In this document: positions 11,641-21,740 of the stretch, piece after piece | How positions within the stretch are numbered: position 1 is the stretch's first letter | How the letters are laid out: every line of letters begins with the position of its first letter | NCBI GenBank assembly: GCA_026401075.1 | Contig: JAPLNQ010000265.1 | Coordinates: forward strand, 1 to 46,918 | Direction of reading: 5' to 3' | Length of the DNA: 46,918 bases | Source of the DNA: Planctomycetia bacterium | GTDB taxonomy: Bacteria > Planctomycetota > Planctomycetia > Pirellulales > UBA1268 | Notes under the pieces: generated by a model | Seen by the model: only the letters and a program-made list of their open reading frames with translations | The model's database searches: none | Told to the model about the DNA's origin: nothing | Program-made: the position numbers and the translations under genes

Positions 11641-13050
11641 TTAGAGGATCGCCTCGATCGGCCGCCCCTTCGAGATCACCAGCGGCCGGCCGAACCGATC
11701 GTGCAGTTCCGTGGAGGGTGCAAACCCGAGACAGTGATGGATCGTCGCGGTGAGGTCCTGCGGTTCGACGCGGCCCTCGAGCGGAAAGCCGCCCTGCCGG
11801 TCGGACTTCCCGTAGACGACGCCGCCCTTCACGCCACCGCCTGCCAATGCGACGGAGAAGACGTGCCCCCAGTGCTCGCGTCCACCGGCGGGGTTGATCT
11901 TCGGTGAACGACCAAATTCCCCCATCCAGACGACGAGCGTCTCTTCGAGCATGCCCCGGGTGGCCAGGTCTTCCAACAGTGCCGAGTAGGCCTGATCCAT
12001 CGGCGGCATGAGTGCCTTCTTCAGTCGCTCCGTGTTCTTGGCATGCGTGTCCCAGGCCGGTGAGCCGTTGTCGTCGTCCTCCCAGCGGGTCCAGTTGACC
12101 TGCACGAGCGACACGCCCGCCTCGACCATGCGGCGGGCAAGCAACACGCTCTGTCCAAACCGGTTGCGGCCATACCGATCGCGGACGGAGGCAGTCTCCT
12201 GGTCGATGGCAAAGGCCCTGCGTGCCTCGTCGGCCCGCAGGAGATCGAGCGCCTTGGCCTGCCATGTGCTCCAACGGTTCACCGAGTCGTCATCGAGTGC
12301 CCGGAACTGCCTGTTCATCAGGTTCTGCAGGGCGAGGCGATCCTCCAAGCGGTCTGGCGTGATCTCGGTCGGCAGGGAAATGTCGGGCGGCCGGAAGTCG
12401 GGTTTGTTTGGGTCGCACATCACGAGCCAGGGATCAGCCTTGTCGCCAAGCCAGCCGGCATCCTGGCCCGGCCAGATCGACCCATCGGTGTTCCAGATAT
12501 GCTCCGGCAGGCGGATGGCACCGGGCAGCGACGAGCGGTCACCGCGAAGATGGCGAACCACGGCGGCCAGCGACGGAAAATCGTTCGGGGCGCCGGGGTT
12601 GGCGTTCTCGACGCCCTTGGGAGCATGCGGCTGGCCCGTGAGCATGTAGTAGCCGCTCGACGAGTGGGCGTTGTCGCCGGTCGCCATGGCACGCAGGACG
12701 GCGATGTGGTTGGTCAGCTTCGCTGTCAGCGGCATCAGTTCACCCACCTGAAGCCCAGGCGTGGCCGTGGAGATGACGCCGAGGTCTCCACGGATCCCCG
12801 CTGGTGCGTCCGGCTTCGGATCCCACGTCTCGTGTTGCGGCGGACCGCCGAGCATCATCAGCACGATGCACGACTTCGCCTTGCCGAATCCGGCGGCCAG
12901 ATCGCCGGCAGGCTGGGCGGCCATACTCGCGCGGGCGGCGGCGAGTGCTGGCAGGCTCATTGAGCAGACGCCCAAACCGCCGAGCCGCAGCCATTCACGC
13001 CGCGACACGCGGTCGCACAACGTTGTGTCCGGCCCCAGGAATGAAAGCAT
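11641..13050 (-). CDS. DUF1501 domain protein
   Basis: SRREWLRLGGLG twin-Arg-like motif, AKSCIVLMMLGGPPQHETWDPKP, WDTH, TLVVWMGEFGRSP, GREHW. Start 13050, alternatively 13068/13071. Confidence 0.92.
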   Translation of the reverse strand: MLSFLGPDTTLCDRVSRREWLRLGGLGVCSMSLPALAAARASMAAQPAGDLAAGFGKAKSCIVLMMLGGPPQHETWDPKPDAPAGIRGDLGVISTATPGLQVGELMPLTAKLTNHIAVLRAMATGDNAHSSSGYYMLTGQPHAPKGVENANPGAPNDFPSLAAVVRHLRGDRSSLPGAIRLPEHIWNTDGSIWPGQDAGWLGDKADPWLVMCDPNKPDFRPPDISLPTEITPDRLEDRLALQNLMNRQFRALDDDSVNRWSTWQAKALDLLRADEARRAFAIDQETASVRDRYGRNRFGQSVLLARRMVEAGVSLVQVNWTRWEDDDNGSPAWDTHAKNTERLKKALMPPMDQAYSALLEDLATRGMLEETLVVWMGEFGRSPKINPAGGREHWGHVFSVALAGGGVKGGVVYGKSDRQGGFPLEGRVEPQDLTATIHHCLGFAPSTELHDRFGRPLVISKGRPIEAIL

Positions 13051-13231
13051 GGTCTGCCCTCCGCCCATCACGTTCGCTTCATCGGCCCGCGGCCCGCATC
13101 ACCGTCACGATTGTACCCTCACCCCGCCTGGTGTCCCACCGACCGCGTCGACACGTGCATCCACAGCCTGCCAAGGCAGAAGAGCTTCACGCTCCAGCCG
13201 CAGGTCACTACCACTCGGATCCCGCTGTCCA

Positions 13232-16200
13232 TCACGTCCCCGGCAACGGGCGGCTGACGGGCTTCGCGGCCGGAGCCGAGCCGGAGCCCGGGGTGCGGAG
13301 GCCGCCGCCGATGCCGCCAGCACCGGCATTGAGCTGATCGAGGTCGAGGAAGCGGGCATCATCGACGTCCACGCGGTTGATCGCCCGCCAGTAGAGGATT
13401 TTCCCGGCTGAGGCGCTCGACGTGGCCGCCCCCACCTTCGCCTGCCGGTAGAGCTGCGCGTCGCTGCGGCCGTCCCCCTCGAAAACGAGCAGGTCCTTCG
13501 CCTCGCTCCAGGTGAGCCGGGCGCTCCGCGCGGTGAATGATTCTCCTTCCACAAGCACGTTGCCACCAGCGGCCATTTCGATCGAACTGCGTTTCTGCCC
13601 CGGTGCCGGTGGTGCCTGGCCGACCCCCAACACGTCGCTGGAGATGGTCACGACCCGCGGCGGCAGGCCTGCGGCAGCGCGTGGGTCGAGTGTGTCGCCC
13701 CACTTGGCGACCGGCCCCCAGATCGCCTCGACCCGCTGATGAAACTCCATCACGCGACGGTTGATGTTGCCCCGCATGCCCCGCTGAAAATCGACACCCA
13801 AGTAGGTGAGCTCGTCGGGCTGCGTCGCCGCCGGGGCCGCCGGAGTGGGGGCCGCGCCGGGCGTCTGCGGCCCGGTCGGCAGCGCCATTCCCGGCGGCTG
13901 TCCAAACCTCGTGCTCGCCAGCCGCCCTGGGCCTGTGCCCGTCACATTCCCCGTGGTGCGGTCAATGACGAGATCCCGCACGAAGAGCTGCTCGACCGAC
14001 TTGCCGCCATCCTGCGCGACCGACTCGCTCTCGATCCGCACGCCACTGCCACATGCGATCCGCGCCACGTCGGGCCGCGCTGCCGGCTGTGGCTGACCAG
14101 CTGAGAACTCAATGGGCCTGTTGAATACTACGTCGAGCGAGCCGGCCCGCACGGTCGTGCCACCGCTGATGGTCACCACGCGGTCAACAAAGCGGGCGGT
14201 GAGCCCGTCGAAGTCCATGCGTCCCTGCCAGTTCACATCGAGCGAGCCGGGCGGGGCGGCGGCCGCCGGTCCACCCACGATCGCATTCGGCGGCGTTGCG
14301 CCACCGGGCGACATGCCGCCGGTGAATCCAAACGACTCGAATCCGCCCACGCCGGCGGCCAGCGGCACCTTCAGCCTGCCGGCACCGTCCACGGTGAGCC
14401 GATTCCTGCCCCGATCAAAGTCGATGAGCGGTCCCTGCAGATCGAGTCCCCTTCCCCGCACCTCCGCCGGACGACCCGACACGATCGCCCGCGCGTCGAA
14501 CCGCGTGGGCCGCGTGAGCTGCATCTGGTCGCCGCGAATCTCCATGCCGGCTTCGGCGGCCACGTCTCGCACCGCGGCCGCAGCCTGTTCACGCGGCTCC
14601 TCCACGACGTGCACCTGCCCCTCGAGCGACATCTCCTCGAGTTCGCTCTTGTTGCCAGCCATGCTCACGAGGCCGCGGACGAGTGCCGCAGTGGCCACCA
14701 TCCTGCCGCTGCTGGGGCTCTTCTGGCCATGGGGCTTGGGCGCCACCGAACCGGCTGGATTCGCCCCAGCCGAGCCTTGTCCTGCGACGGTGGCCTGCGG
14801 CTGTGGTGCACCTCCTAGGGGCGTCGCTATCGCCGGCTCCTGATTGCGGAACCAGACCTCCATGCGATCGGTCCGCGCGGCCAATTGCTCCGCTTCCACC
14901 TCCACCATGCCGCGGGCCAGCATTCGCGTCGGCCGCACGCCCGACAGATCGGGGCCAGCGTTCCCCCCATCCACAGCAACGGCAGCCGGCGGCCCGCCGT
15001 TCGGCGAGGTCGCTTTGGCCAACTCCAACCAGAGATGCATCTCGGAGCCACTCAGCCGGCCCTGCGTCTCGACTGCAACCTCGGCATCGCCGGCGATCGA
15101 CGCCACGTGCCCGTCTCCATCCGGACGCATCCGCAGCCACTTCTGCCAGCGGGCCTGCACAGGCGGCGATCCCGCGGACCGTGTCCGCAGCCAGCCGGGC
15201 CCCACGGCCATCAACGAGCCCGGCGCGGAGGCCGGCCCCGGCACGTAGTCGATCGAGCGGGCCTCCATCTCCGTGCCGCGCGCGATAAGCGACACGGGCT
15301 CCTCGCCGTCGAGCAGGATCCGCCGCGTGGCGATCTCGTAGCCGAGCCGGGCCGCCCGGGCCTCGAGCCCGGCGCCACTCGACCGGGCGACCACCGGCGT
15401 GCCCTTGGCCTGAATCTCGAGCGGCTTCAGTTCCGACTTGCCACCCGAACCACCGGCCGCTGGTTCCTGCCGGCCGAGCATGATCGCCAGCAGTTCACAG
15501 GCGAGCTGGTCGGTCGAACCTCCGGGCACCGTGCGGACGACCTCCACCTGATCCTCGCAGGTGATCACATTGGCCGACACATTCAGACAGAGGCCGCCAC
15601 GACAGGTGACGAGCACGGGTGCCGCGTCACCGGCCGAGTCCGGCTCACCACTGGCTCGAGCTGCCGGCTGCTTCTGCCCCGGTAAGAGCCCGCCCTGCAT
15701 GCCCTCCAGTCGCAACCGCACGTCGCGGTCGAGCCGGATCGAGTCGATGCCGCCAATGCTGGGGCCCTGATCCGATGCCCCCGGGCGTGGCAGCAGCCTC
15801 GCCAAGAGTGCCCGACCACTTCCGGTTGACCGTCCATACCGAAACTGCACCATTTCCGCGGTGCGGACCTCGAACTCTTCGAGTTCCACGTCACGGGTGA
15901 CGATCTCGATGTCGTCATCGGCGCCAGGAGACGAGGGGGTGCCACGGATCGTCACCTGCCCGCGGAGGCTGCCGCCGATGAGCCGCGCGAGCCTGCCCTG
16001 CCGCAGGTCGAGCGGCTCGTCGAACTCAAGCACGGCCCCCTGAGGCACCCGTAGCACGAGTGTCCTCCCCTCGCTGCCGTCGTCCGCCACGCGGTTACGG
16101 TCAGGCAATATCACCAGCGTGCAGGGAACGAGGTTCACCCGGCCGTCAGGCAGCGCCTGATACTGTTTGAAGAGGAGCCGCATCTGCCGGCTCTCCAGCA

Positions 16201-16432
16201 TGATGGGATCCTCGCGCTCCCATGAACCCACCGGAAAGATGTCGCCCAGCGCCGCCAGCCGGCGGTCTGCCCGGGTCCGGATCGCGGCGGCCTGCTCGGG
16301 CGACAGTTCGAGCGCCTGCTGTTCGTCATGTACGCGCGGCTCCACCAACGGCACCACGGTGAGCCGGTGAAAGCCGGCCGCCGCGAGGACGATGAGAAAC
16401 ACCCGCAACGTGCGTCCGAGGCGATGTTCCAT
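13232..16432 (-). CDS. large membrane-anchored protein with multiple predicted OstA/LptA/LptC-like beta-jellyroll segments
   Basis: 1066 aa; N-terminal hydrophobic anchor; repeated beta-rich motifs (EDQVEVVR..DQLACELLAIML; EIQAKGTPVV..LEARAARLGYE; AAGGNVLVEGESFTARSARLTWSEAKDLLVFEG). Directly downstream of kdsD-kdsC on the same strand. Confidence 0.6.
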   Translation of the reverse strand: MEHRLGRTLRVFLIVLAAAGFHRLTVVPLVEPRVHDEQQALELSPEQAAAIRTRADRRLAALGDIFPVGSWEREDPIMLESRQMRLLFKQYQALPDGRVNLVPCTLVILPDRNRVADDGSEGRTLVLRVPQGAVLEFDEPLDLRQGRLARLIGGSLRGQVTIRGTPSSPGADDDIEIVTRDVELEEFEVRTAEMVQFRYGRSTGSGRALLARLLPRPGASDQGPSIGGIDSIRLDRDVRLRLEGMQGGLLPGQKQPAARASGEPDSAGDAAPVLVTCRGGLCLNVSANVITCEDQVEVVRTVPGGSTDQLACELLAIMLGRQEPAAGGSGGKSELKPLEIQAKGTPVVARSSGAGLEARAARLGYEIATRRILLDGEEPVSLIARGTEMEARSIDYVPGPASAPGSLMAVGPGWLRTRSAGSPPVQARWQKWLRMRPDGDGHVASIAGDAEVAVETQGRLSGSEMHLWLELAKATSPNGGPPAAVAVDGGNAGPDLSGVRPTRMLARGMVEVEAEQLAARTDRMEVWFRNQEPAIATPLGGAPQPQATVAGQGSAGANPAGSVAPKPHGQKSPSSGRMVATAALVRGLVSMAGNKSELEEMSLEGQVHVVEEPREQAAAAVRDVAAEAGMEIRGDQMQLTRPTRFDARAIVSGRPAEVRGRGLDLQGPLIDFDRGRNRLTVDGAGRLKVPLAAGVGGFESFGFTGGMSPGGATPPNAIVGGPAAAAPPGSLDVNWQGRMDFDGLTARFVDRVVTISGGTTVRAGSLDVVFNRPIEFSAGQPQPAARPDVARIACGSGVRIESESVAQDGGKSVEQLFVRDLVIDRTTGNVTGTGPGRLASTRFGQPPGMALPTGPQTPGAAPTPAAPAATQPDELTYLGVDFQRGMRGNINRRVMEFHQRVEAIWGPVAKWGDTLDPRAAAGLPPRVVTISSDVLGVGQAPPAPGQKRSSIEMAAGGNVLVEGESFTARSARLTWSEAKDLLVFEGDGRSDAQLYRQAKVGAATSSASAGKILYWRAINRVDVDDARFLDLDQLNAGAGGIGGGLRTPGSGSAPAAKPVSRPLPGT

Positions 16433-16459
16433 GAAATGGTCCGCTGGCGGGAGTCGCCG

Positions 16460-17035
16460 TCAGGCCCTCCCAAGATTCATGCCTTCGTCGATGCCCGCGC
16501 GAGGGGAGGTGTATCCGCCGACAATGCTCTCCCAACCGCCACGGGCCCGGAGCATTCGTTCGACGAGTTCGCGGACCGCGCCGCGGCCACCCGGCAGCAT
16601 GGTCACCACCGTGGCAGCAGCCCGCAATTCCTCGCAGGCGTCGGCGACGGCCGCGCCAACTCCGCACCGCGCGACCACCGGAAGATCGGGCAGGTCGTCA
16701 CCCATGAACGCCGTCTGCTCCCACGACAGCCCGCATTCCTTGATGATCGCCTCGGCAACGGCGAGCTTGTCATCGACGCCCTGCCGCACGAACTCGATCC
16801 CGAGTTCGGCGGCCCGGCGTTCCACGATGGGGCTCGACCGGCCCGTGATGATGCCCGTCCGGCCGCCGGCCCGCTGCCAGCCGCGGATGCCCAGGCCGTC
16901 GCGAATGTGGAACGTCTTCTGCTCCACGCCGTCGTCGCTCCAGGTGACGCCGCCATCGGTCAGCACGCCGTCGCAGTCGAGCAGCAGCAGCTGCACCGCG
17001 GCGAGTCGGCGGTCGAGATGGGTGGTTGGAGTCAT
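16460..17035 (-). CDS. kdsC: 3-deoxy-D-manno-octulosonate 8-phosphate phosphatase (HAD, KdsC/YrbI)
   Basis: LLLLDCDGVLTDG, FHIRDGLGI, IITGRSS, FMGDDLPDLP, GGRGAVREL. Start ATG 17035. Confidence 0.92.
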   Translation of the reverse strand: MTPTTHLDRRLAAVQLLLLDCDGVLTDGGVTWSDDGVEQKTFHIRDGLGIRGWQRAGGRTGIITGRSSPIVERRAAELGIEFVRQGVDDKLAVAEAIIKECGLSWEQTAFMGDDLPDLPVVARCGVGAAVADACEELRAAATVVTMLPGGRGAVRELVERMLRARGGWESIVGGYTSPRAGIDEGMNLGRA

Positions 17036-17091
17036 GGGATCGCTTTGTGACAGGGGTGTGTTCAAACGTCCGCCCGCGGAACGCCGCGGGT

Positions 17092-18186
17092 TCACGCGGC
17101 CGCGGAACCAGACAATGGCACGGTGTCGCTGCCGATCGCGGTGCCGGTCGCGTTGGCCGGTTCGGCGGGCACGAGGCCGACGAGATCGACGATATCGAGT
17201 AGGCCGAGCGGCCGACCGTCGGCATCGACCACCGGCAGTTCGCTCAGCCGCCGCGACTCGAGCACCGCCACGGCATCTCGCAGCCGCGTTCCCGCCGTCA
17301 CCGTCGTGGGCAGGCTGGTCATCACACCACGGATCGGTCCATCGATGGCGACGTCGATGCGGCGTTCGAAGAGCCGGGCCAGATCGCTGTCGGTAAAAAT
17401 GCCGGCCAGCATGCCGGCGTCGTCGATGATCATCACGGCGCCCGTCCGCCGCGACGGCAGCGGCTGCGAGAACACGGTCCGCACTGTCTCCTCCGGACGG
17501 GCCGTCCGGCACTGCGAGAGCGGCCGCATCGCGTCGTCGACCCGCATCAACTGCCTGCCCAGGCTGCCCCCGGGATGACGGGCGGCGAAATCCTCGTGTG
17601 TGAAGCGGCGCAGGCTGCTCGTGACCAGCGCCAGACTATCGCCCAGCGCCAAGAGGATCGCCGTGCTCGTGCTGGGTGCCAGGCCAAGCACGCATGCCTC
17701 GCGAATCGGGCCCGTGGCCACCACGATCTCCGCCGCGCGGCCAAGCGAACTGTCGGCCCTGCCGGTGAGAGCGATGATCTTCACTCCCGCAGCCGCGAGG
17801 TGCGGCAGGAGTCGTGTGATCTCCTCCGTCTCGCCCGACTGCGACAGGCCCAGCACGATGTCGTCGCGGCGCAACACGCCGAGGTCGCCGTGCATCGCCT
17901 CGGCCGGATGGAGAAAGTGGCTGGGGGTGCCGGTGGAGGCGAGTGTGGCCGAGATCTTCTGGGCGACGAGGCCCGCCTTCCCGATCCCCGTGACGACGAC
18001 CTTGCCGGTGCAGCCTGCGATCATCCGCACGGCCCGACAGAACGACGCGTCGAGCGCAGCGGCCATCTGCAGAACGGCGTCTCCCTCGGCGCGGAGAATC
18101 CCACGGCCATGGTCGAGCACGTCGGCGTCGGAGGGCTCCAACTGGGAGCTTCGTTCATCAATCGAAAGCGATTGGGGCGCGGTCAT
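17092..18186 (-). CDS. kdsD: arabinose-5-phosphate isomerase (KpsF/GutQ; SIS + CBS domains)
   Basis: VVTGIGKAGLVAQKISATLASTGTPSHFLHPAEAMHGDLG, LAPSTST, HPGGSLG, CBS pair (GIFTDSDL). Confidence 0.93.
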   Translation of the reverse strand: MTAPQSLSIDERSSQLEPSDADVLDHGRGILRAEGDAVLQMAAALDASFCRAVRMIAGCTGKVVVTGIGKAGLVAQKISATLASTGTPSHFLHPAEAMHGDLGVLRRDDIVLGLSQSGETEEITRLLPHLAAAGVKIIALTGRADSSLGRAAEIVVATGPIREACVLGLAPSTSTAILLALGDSLALVTSSLRRFTHEDFAARHPGGSLGRQLMRVDDAMRPLSQCRTARPEETVRTVFSQPLPSRRTGAVMIIDDAGMLAGIFTDSDLARLFERRIDVAIDGPIRGVMTSLPTTVTAGTRLRDAVAVLESRRLSELPVVDADGRPLGLLDIVDLVGLVPAEPANATGTAIGSDTVPLSGSAAA

Positions 18187-18376
18187 GGTGGAGTCCAGCA
18201 GAGGGCATGCGCGCGGAACCGCCGCGCGGGGGCGGGACTATAGGCCGACTGGGCAAACGCCGCAACGCGTGTTTTTCCGGTGTGGAAACGGCCCGCCGGA
18301 ACGGCAGATGCTTCGTCGCTACGGCGAGGATACGCCTGAGGCTCCTCCGCATCAGCCGATTCCGGCTCCGTCATCT

Positions 18377-18402
18377 CGTGGCGGCAAGTTTTCAACTTGC
18401 CG
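18377..18402 (+). repeat. REP-like family B singlet, CGTGG-CGGCAAGTT-TTC-AACTTGCCG
   Basis: GTGG tetranucleotide followed by a perfect 9-bp stem, just 3' of the fba stop; four more copies at 20065-20133 and 22414-22482. Confidence 0.85.
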
Positions 18403-18413
18403 TGAAGACAGCC

Positions 18414-19457
18414 TCACGCTTTCGCATACCGCTTCGCCATCTCGTCGAGCGTGACCACCGGCACCTTGCGGGCGTTGCCCGCCTGGCCAAACTGCACCAT
18501 CCGTTCCGCGCAGACCTTCTTCATCGCCTCGCGGGCCGGCTTGAGATAGTCGCGGGGATCGAACTTCTCGGGGCTCTCCCAGAGCACCTTGCGGACGGCG
18601 CCGGTGATCGCCATGCGGCAGTCGGTGTCGACGTTGATCTTCCGCACACCGTGCTTGATGCCGCGCTGGATCTCCTCCACGGGCACGCCCCAGGTCTGCG
18701 GCATCTTGCCGCCAAACTTGTTGATGATGTCCTGCAGTGCTTGCGGCACGCTCGACGAGCCGTGCATCACAAGGTGGCAGTTGGGGAGTCGCCGGTGGAT
18801 CTCCTCGATCTGCTTCATCGCCAGCACCTCGCCGTCGGGCTTGCGAGTGAACTTGTAGGCGCCGTGGCTGGTGCCGATGGCGACGGCCAGCGCGTCGACG
18901 CCGGTGTCGGCCACGAACGATGCGGCCTCGGCGGGATCGGTGAGCAACTGATCGTGCGAGAGCTGCCCCTCGGCGCCGTGGCCGTCCTCCGCCTCGCCGT
19001 GGCCGCTCTCCAGCGAACCGAGGCAGCCGAGTTCACCCTCCACCGACACGCCCCGCGCGTGGGCCATCTTCACGACCTCCTTCGTCACCTTGACGTTGTA
19101 GTCGTAGTCGGCCGGCGTCTTGCCATCCTCCTTGAGCGACCCGTCCATCATCACACTGGTGAACCCGTTGTCGATCGCGCTCACGCACGTGGCAGTCGAG
19201 TTGCCATGGTCCTGGTGCATCGCGATGGGGATCCACGGATAGAGCTCGGCGGCGGCGAGCATCAGGTGGCGGAGGTAGTTGTCTTGGCTGAAGCTGCGGG
19301 CACCGCGGGACGCCTGCACGATCACCGGCGACTCCGTCTCCTTGGCCGCTTCCATGATCGACTGGATCTGCTCCATGTCGTTGACGTTGAAGGCGGCGAT
19401 GCCATACCCGTTCTCGGCGGCGTGATCGAGCAGGATGCGCATGGGTACGAGCGGCAT
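18414..19457 (-). CDS. fba: class II fructose-bisphosphate aldolase
   Basis: [61 protein letters not shown]. Confidence 0.96.
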   Translation of the reverse strand: MPLVPMRILLDHAAENGYGIAAFNVNDMEQIQSIMEAAKETESPVIVQASRGARSFSQDNYLRHLMLAAAELYPWIPIAMHQDHGNSTATCVSAIDNGFTSVMMDGSLKEDGKTPADYDYNVKVTKEVVKMAHARGVSVEGELGCLGSLESGHGEAEDGHGAEGQLSHDQLLTDPAEAASFVADTGVDALAVAIGTSHGAYKFTRKPDGEVLAMKQIEEIHRRLPNCHLVMHGSSSVPQALQDIINKFGGKMPQTWGVPVEEIQRGIKHGVRKINVDTDCRMAITGAVRKVLWESPEKFDPRDYLKPAREAMKKVCAERMVQFGQAGNARKVPVVTLDEMAKRYAKA

Positions 19458-19603
19458 GGGAGTGTCTCCGATGGTGGGCGGGAAGGTCTGGACTGGTGGG
19501 GGCCGCAGGTCGGCCCCAGATCGATTGAACGAGATCATACGGAAAAAACAGGCGTGGTAGAATCCCGGCAGCACGACCGCCCAGACTGCCGGATGCTGCA
19601 CGC

Positions 19604-20029
19604 ATGGACCTCCGCCCCACCACCGATCCGTTCACGAGCTTTCTCTACGTTGCCGGGGGCTGGCTCTGCATGGGGCTCGCCGTGGTGGGGGCCCTGCTCC
19701 CCCTCGTACCGACGACCCCCTTTCTGCTGCTGGCGAGCTGGTGTTTCTATCGTGGATCGCCCCGCATCCACGCCTGGCTCCACCGCTCAAAGTGGTTTGG
19801 TCCCACGCTCGATGATTGGCAGCACTACCACGGCATCCGACAAACGATGAAGCGACGCGCCATTGTGATGGTGGTCGCCGTCGTCGGCTGCAGCCTGCTG
19901 CTCAACAGCCTGCCCGGGTGGCTCCGGTACATCGCTCTGGCCGCCGTGGCGATCGGGCTGTACGTGATCTGGACCGTGCCCACGCTGCCCGACGACGCGC
20001 CGCGTGCACCGCGCACGAGCGTGGAGTGA
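19604..20029 (+). CDS. YbaN family (DUF454) inner membrane protein
   Basis: [34 protein letters not shown] signature. Confidence 0.9.
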   Translation: MDLRPTTDPFTSFLYVAGGWLCMGLAVVGALLPLVPTTPFLLLASWCFYRGSPRIHAWLHRSKWFGPTLDDWQHYHGIRQTMKRRAIVMVVAVVGCSLLLNSLPGWLRYIALAAVAIGLYVIWTVPTLPDDAPRAPRTSVE

Positions 20030-20064
20030 TGCGCCCGCCAGTCGCATCTCTGCAGCAATGCCCA

Positions 20065-20133
20065 CGTGGGGACAAGTTTGCAACTTGTCCATGCAGCACA
20101 CCGGATTCAGCAAGTTGAAAACTTGCTGCCACG
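20065..20133. repeat. REP-like family B inverted doublet (REPIN-like, 69 bp)
   Basis: CGTGG GGACAAGTT TGC AACTTGTCC, 17-nt spacer, then the reverse complement of CGTGG CAGCAAGTT TTC AACTTGCTG; between convergent genes. Confidence 0.85.
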
Positions 20134-20163
20134 GGCCGACGGTCCACCCCGCGTCGTGACTCA

Positions 20164-21648
20164 TCAATGCTCGACGCCCGACTCCGGCTCTGGCAGCCAC
20201 TGCGTGAGGATCGCGCCCACCAGTGCGTAGGCTCCGGCTACCCCCGCGCCCACCAGCGCGATCCGCACCGGATCGGGCGGCGTCGCGGCAGAGAACGTGA
20301 GCGTGAGCCAGGCGGCGGCCGTGCCGAGCACGCGGCCCCCGATGTTCGCGGCGAAGCTCTCGCCCGTGCCGCGGAGATGGGTGGGGAAGACGAGCGGGAT
20401 GTAGTTGCCCCAGAAGCTGAACTGCGACACGGTGAACAGGCCGGCCACGAAGATGCCCGCCTTGATCAGCGGCAGCGAACCAGCATTTGGCAGCTGCGTC
20501 GAGATCCACCAGAAGAGCGCCGGCACAAGCAGGAGCGCCGGCAGCTGGAAGAGCCGCAACAGGAGCCTGCGGCTGGCGATCCGCAGCGCCGCGAAGGCCA
20601 GCAGCACGCGGCCCACCAAGCCACCGATTTCCTGATAGATCGTGACGCCAGCCACCGCCTCGTCGGTGGCGTTTCCGGCGATGCTTTTCAGCCGCCCGGG
20701 AGCCACGGTTTCCCCCTTCACCTTCGCCGCGGCGATCGCCTCCTCCTGCGCTTCCTTGGCCGTGGCGAGAATCGCGGCGTGTCCCTTCGGCCCGCCAAGG
20801 ATCTGGGGCAGTTGCTGGATCGCGCCAAAGGCGATGCCGTAGCTGGCGGCAAAGACCAGCGTCGTCACCACCGTGGCGCGGACGAGCGCGGGGCTGAACA
20901 GTTCGCGGATGCTGGGCCGCTTGAGCGTGCCCGCCGCCTTCTTCTGAGCCCACACGGGGCTCTCGGGCAGGAAAGGACGGATGAGAATCAGTGGCAGGGC
21001 GGGGATCACGCCGGAGATGAGTGTGTACCGCCAGGCCTCGTGGTCGCCGTGGATCGCGGGCAGTGCCAGCGCAAACTTCGCCGCGAGGATGTTGGCCAGG
21101 CCCACGAGCAGACCACCGAGCGAGGAGAACGCCTGCGTCCAGCCAAGCGCACTCTCCCGCTGCCGCGCGTCGGGGAACAGCTCGGCGAGCCATGCCACCG
21201 CGGCCACGAATTCCACGCACACGCCGATGAACACGAGGCAGCGGAAGAACAGCAGTTGCGGTAGCGACGTGGCAAAGCCCGCCGCCAGCGCCGCAAACGC
21301 GTAGAGCAGGATGCTGAACGTGAGCACCCGCCGCCGCCCGAGTAGGTCGGTGAGGTAGCCGCCCAGCAGACCGAAGACGCCGCCGGCGATCGCGGGCACG
21401 AAGAACAGCGCCCGCGCCCACTTCGTGTATTCGGGCGAACCCGGCACGAGCAGCGGCACGCCCGCGGCCGTCGCGCCTCCCAGCGCCGCGAGCGCCGGCT
21501 TGATCACCAGCGGCAGCATCAGCAGTTCGTAGATGTCAAACGCAAAACCGATCGCCGCGATGGCGCAGACGAGCCATCCCGTCTTCGACAGCCGTCCTGC
21601 TGCGGTGAGCCCGCTCGTGCGTGCAGAAGAGTCGTGAGGCGCGGCCAT
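20164..21648 (-). CDS. MFS transporter
   Basis: GFAFDIYE TM1, motif A-like GYLTDLLGRRRVL, GVCVEF, ELFP, PESP, FPTHLRGTG; many hydrophobic segments. Confidence 0.92.
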   Translation of the reverse strand: MAAPHDSSARTSGLTAAGRLSKTGWLVCAIAAIGFAFDIYELLMLPLVIKPALAALGGATAAGVPLLVPGSPEYTKWARALFFVPAIAGGVFGLLGGYLTDLLGRRRVLTFSILLYAFAALAAGFATSLPQLLFFRCLVFIGVCVEFVAAVAWLAELFPDARQRESALGWTQAFSSLGGLLVGLANILAAKFALALPAIHGDHEAWRYTLISGVIPALPLILIRPFLPESPVWAQKKAAGTLKRPSIRELFSPALVRATVVTTLVFAASYGIAFGAIQQLPQILGGPKGHAAILATAKEAQEEAIAAAKVKGETVAPGRLKSIAGNATDEAVAGVTIYQEIGGLVGRVLLAFAALRIASRRLLLRLFQLPALLLVPALFWWISTQLPNAGSLPLIKAGIFVAGLFTVSQFSFWGNYIPLVFPTHLRGTGESFAANIGGRVLGTAAAWLTLTFSAATPPDPVRIALVGAGVAGAYALVGAILTQWLPEPESGVEH

Positions 21649-21740
21649 GCGGCGAACTCCATGGAGAACGAAAAACGAAGGAAGCCGATCAGGCCCAGAA
21701 GCCTATCGGCAAACCTTCGCGTGGAGAAATCGGGCCGATC

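Noticed and set aside
17036-17512. N-terminal extension of kdsC in the ORF track (350 aa)
   Set aside because: Overlaps kdsD out of frame; the HAD motif I starts shortly after ATG 17035.
18207-19850. 547-aa + strand ORF
   Set aside because: Antisense shadow of fba, typical of high-GC codon bias; no recognisable motifs.
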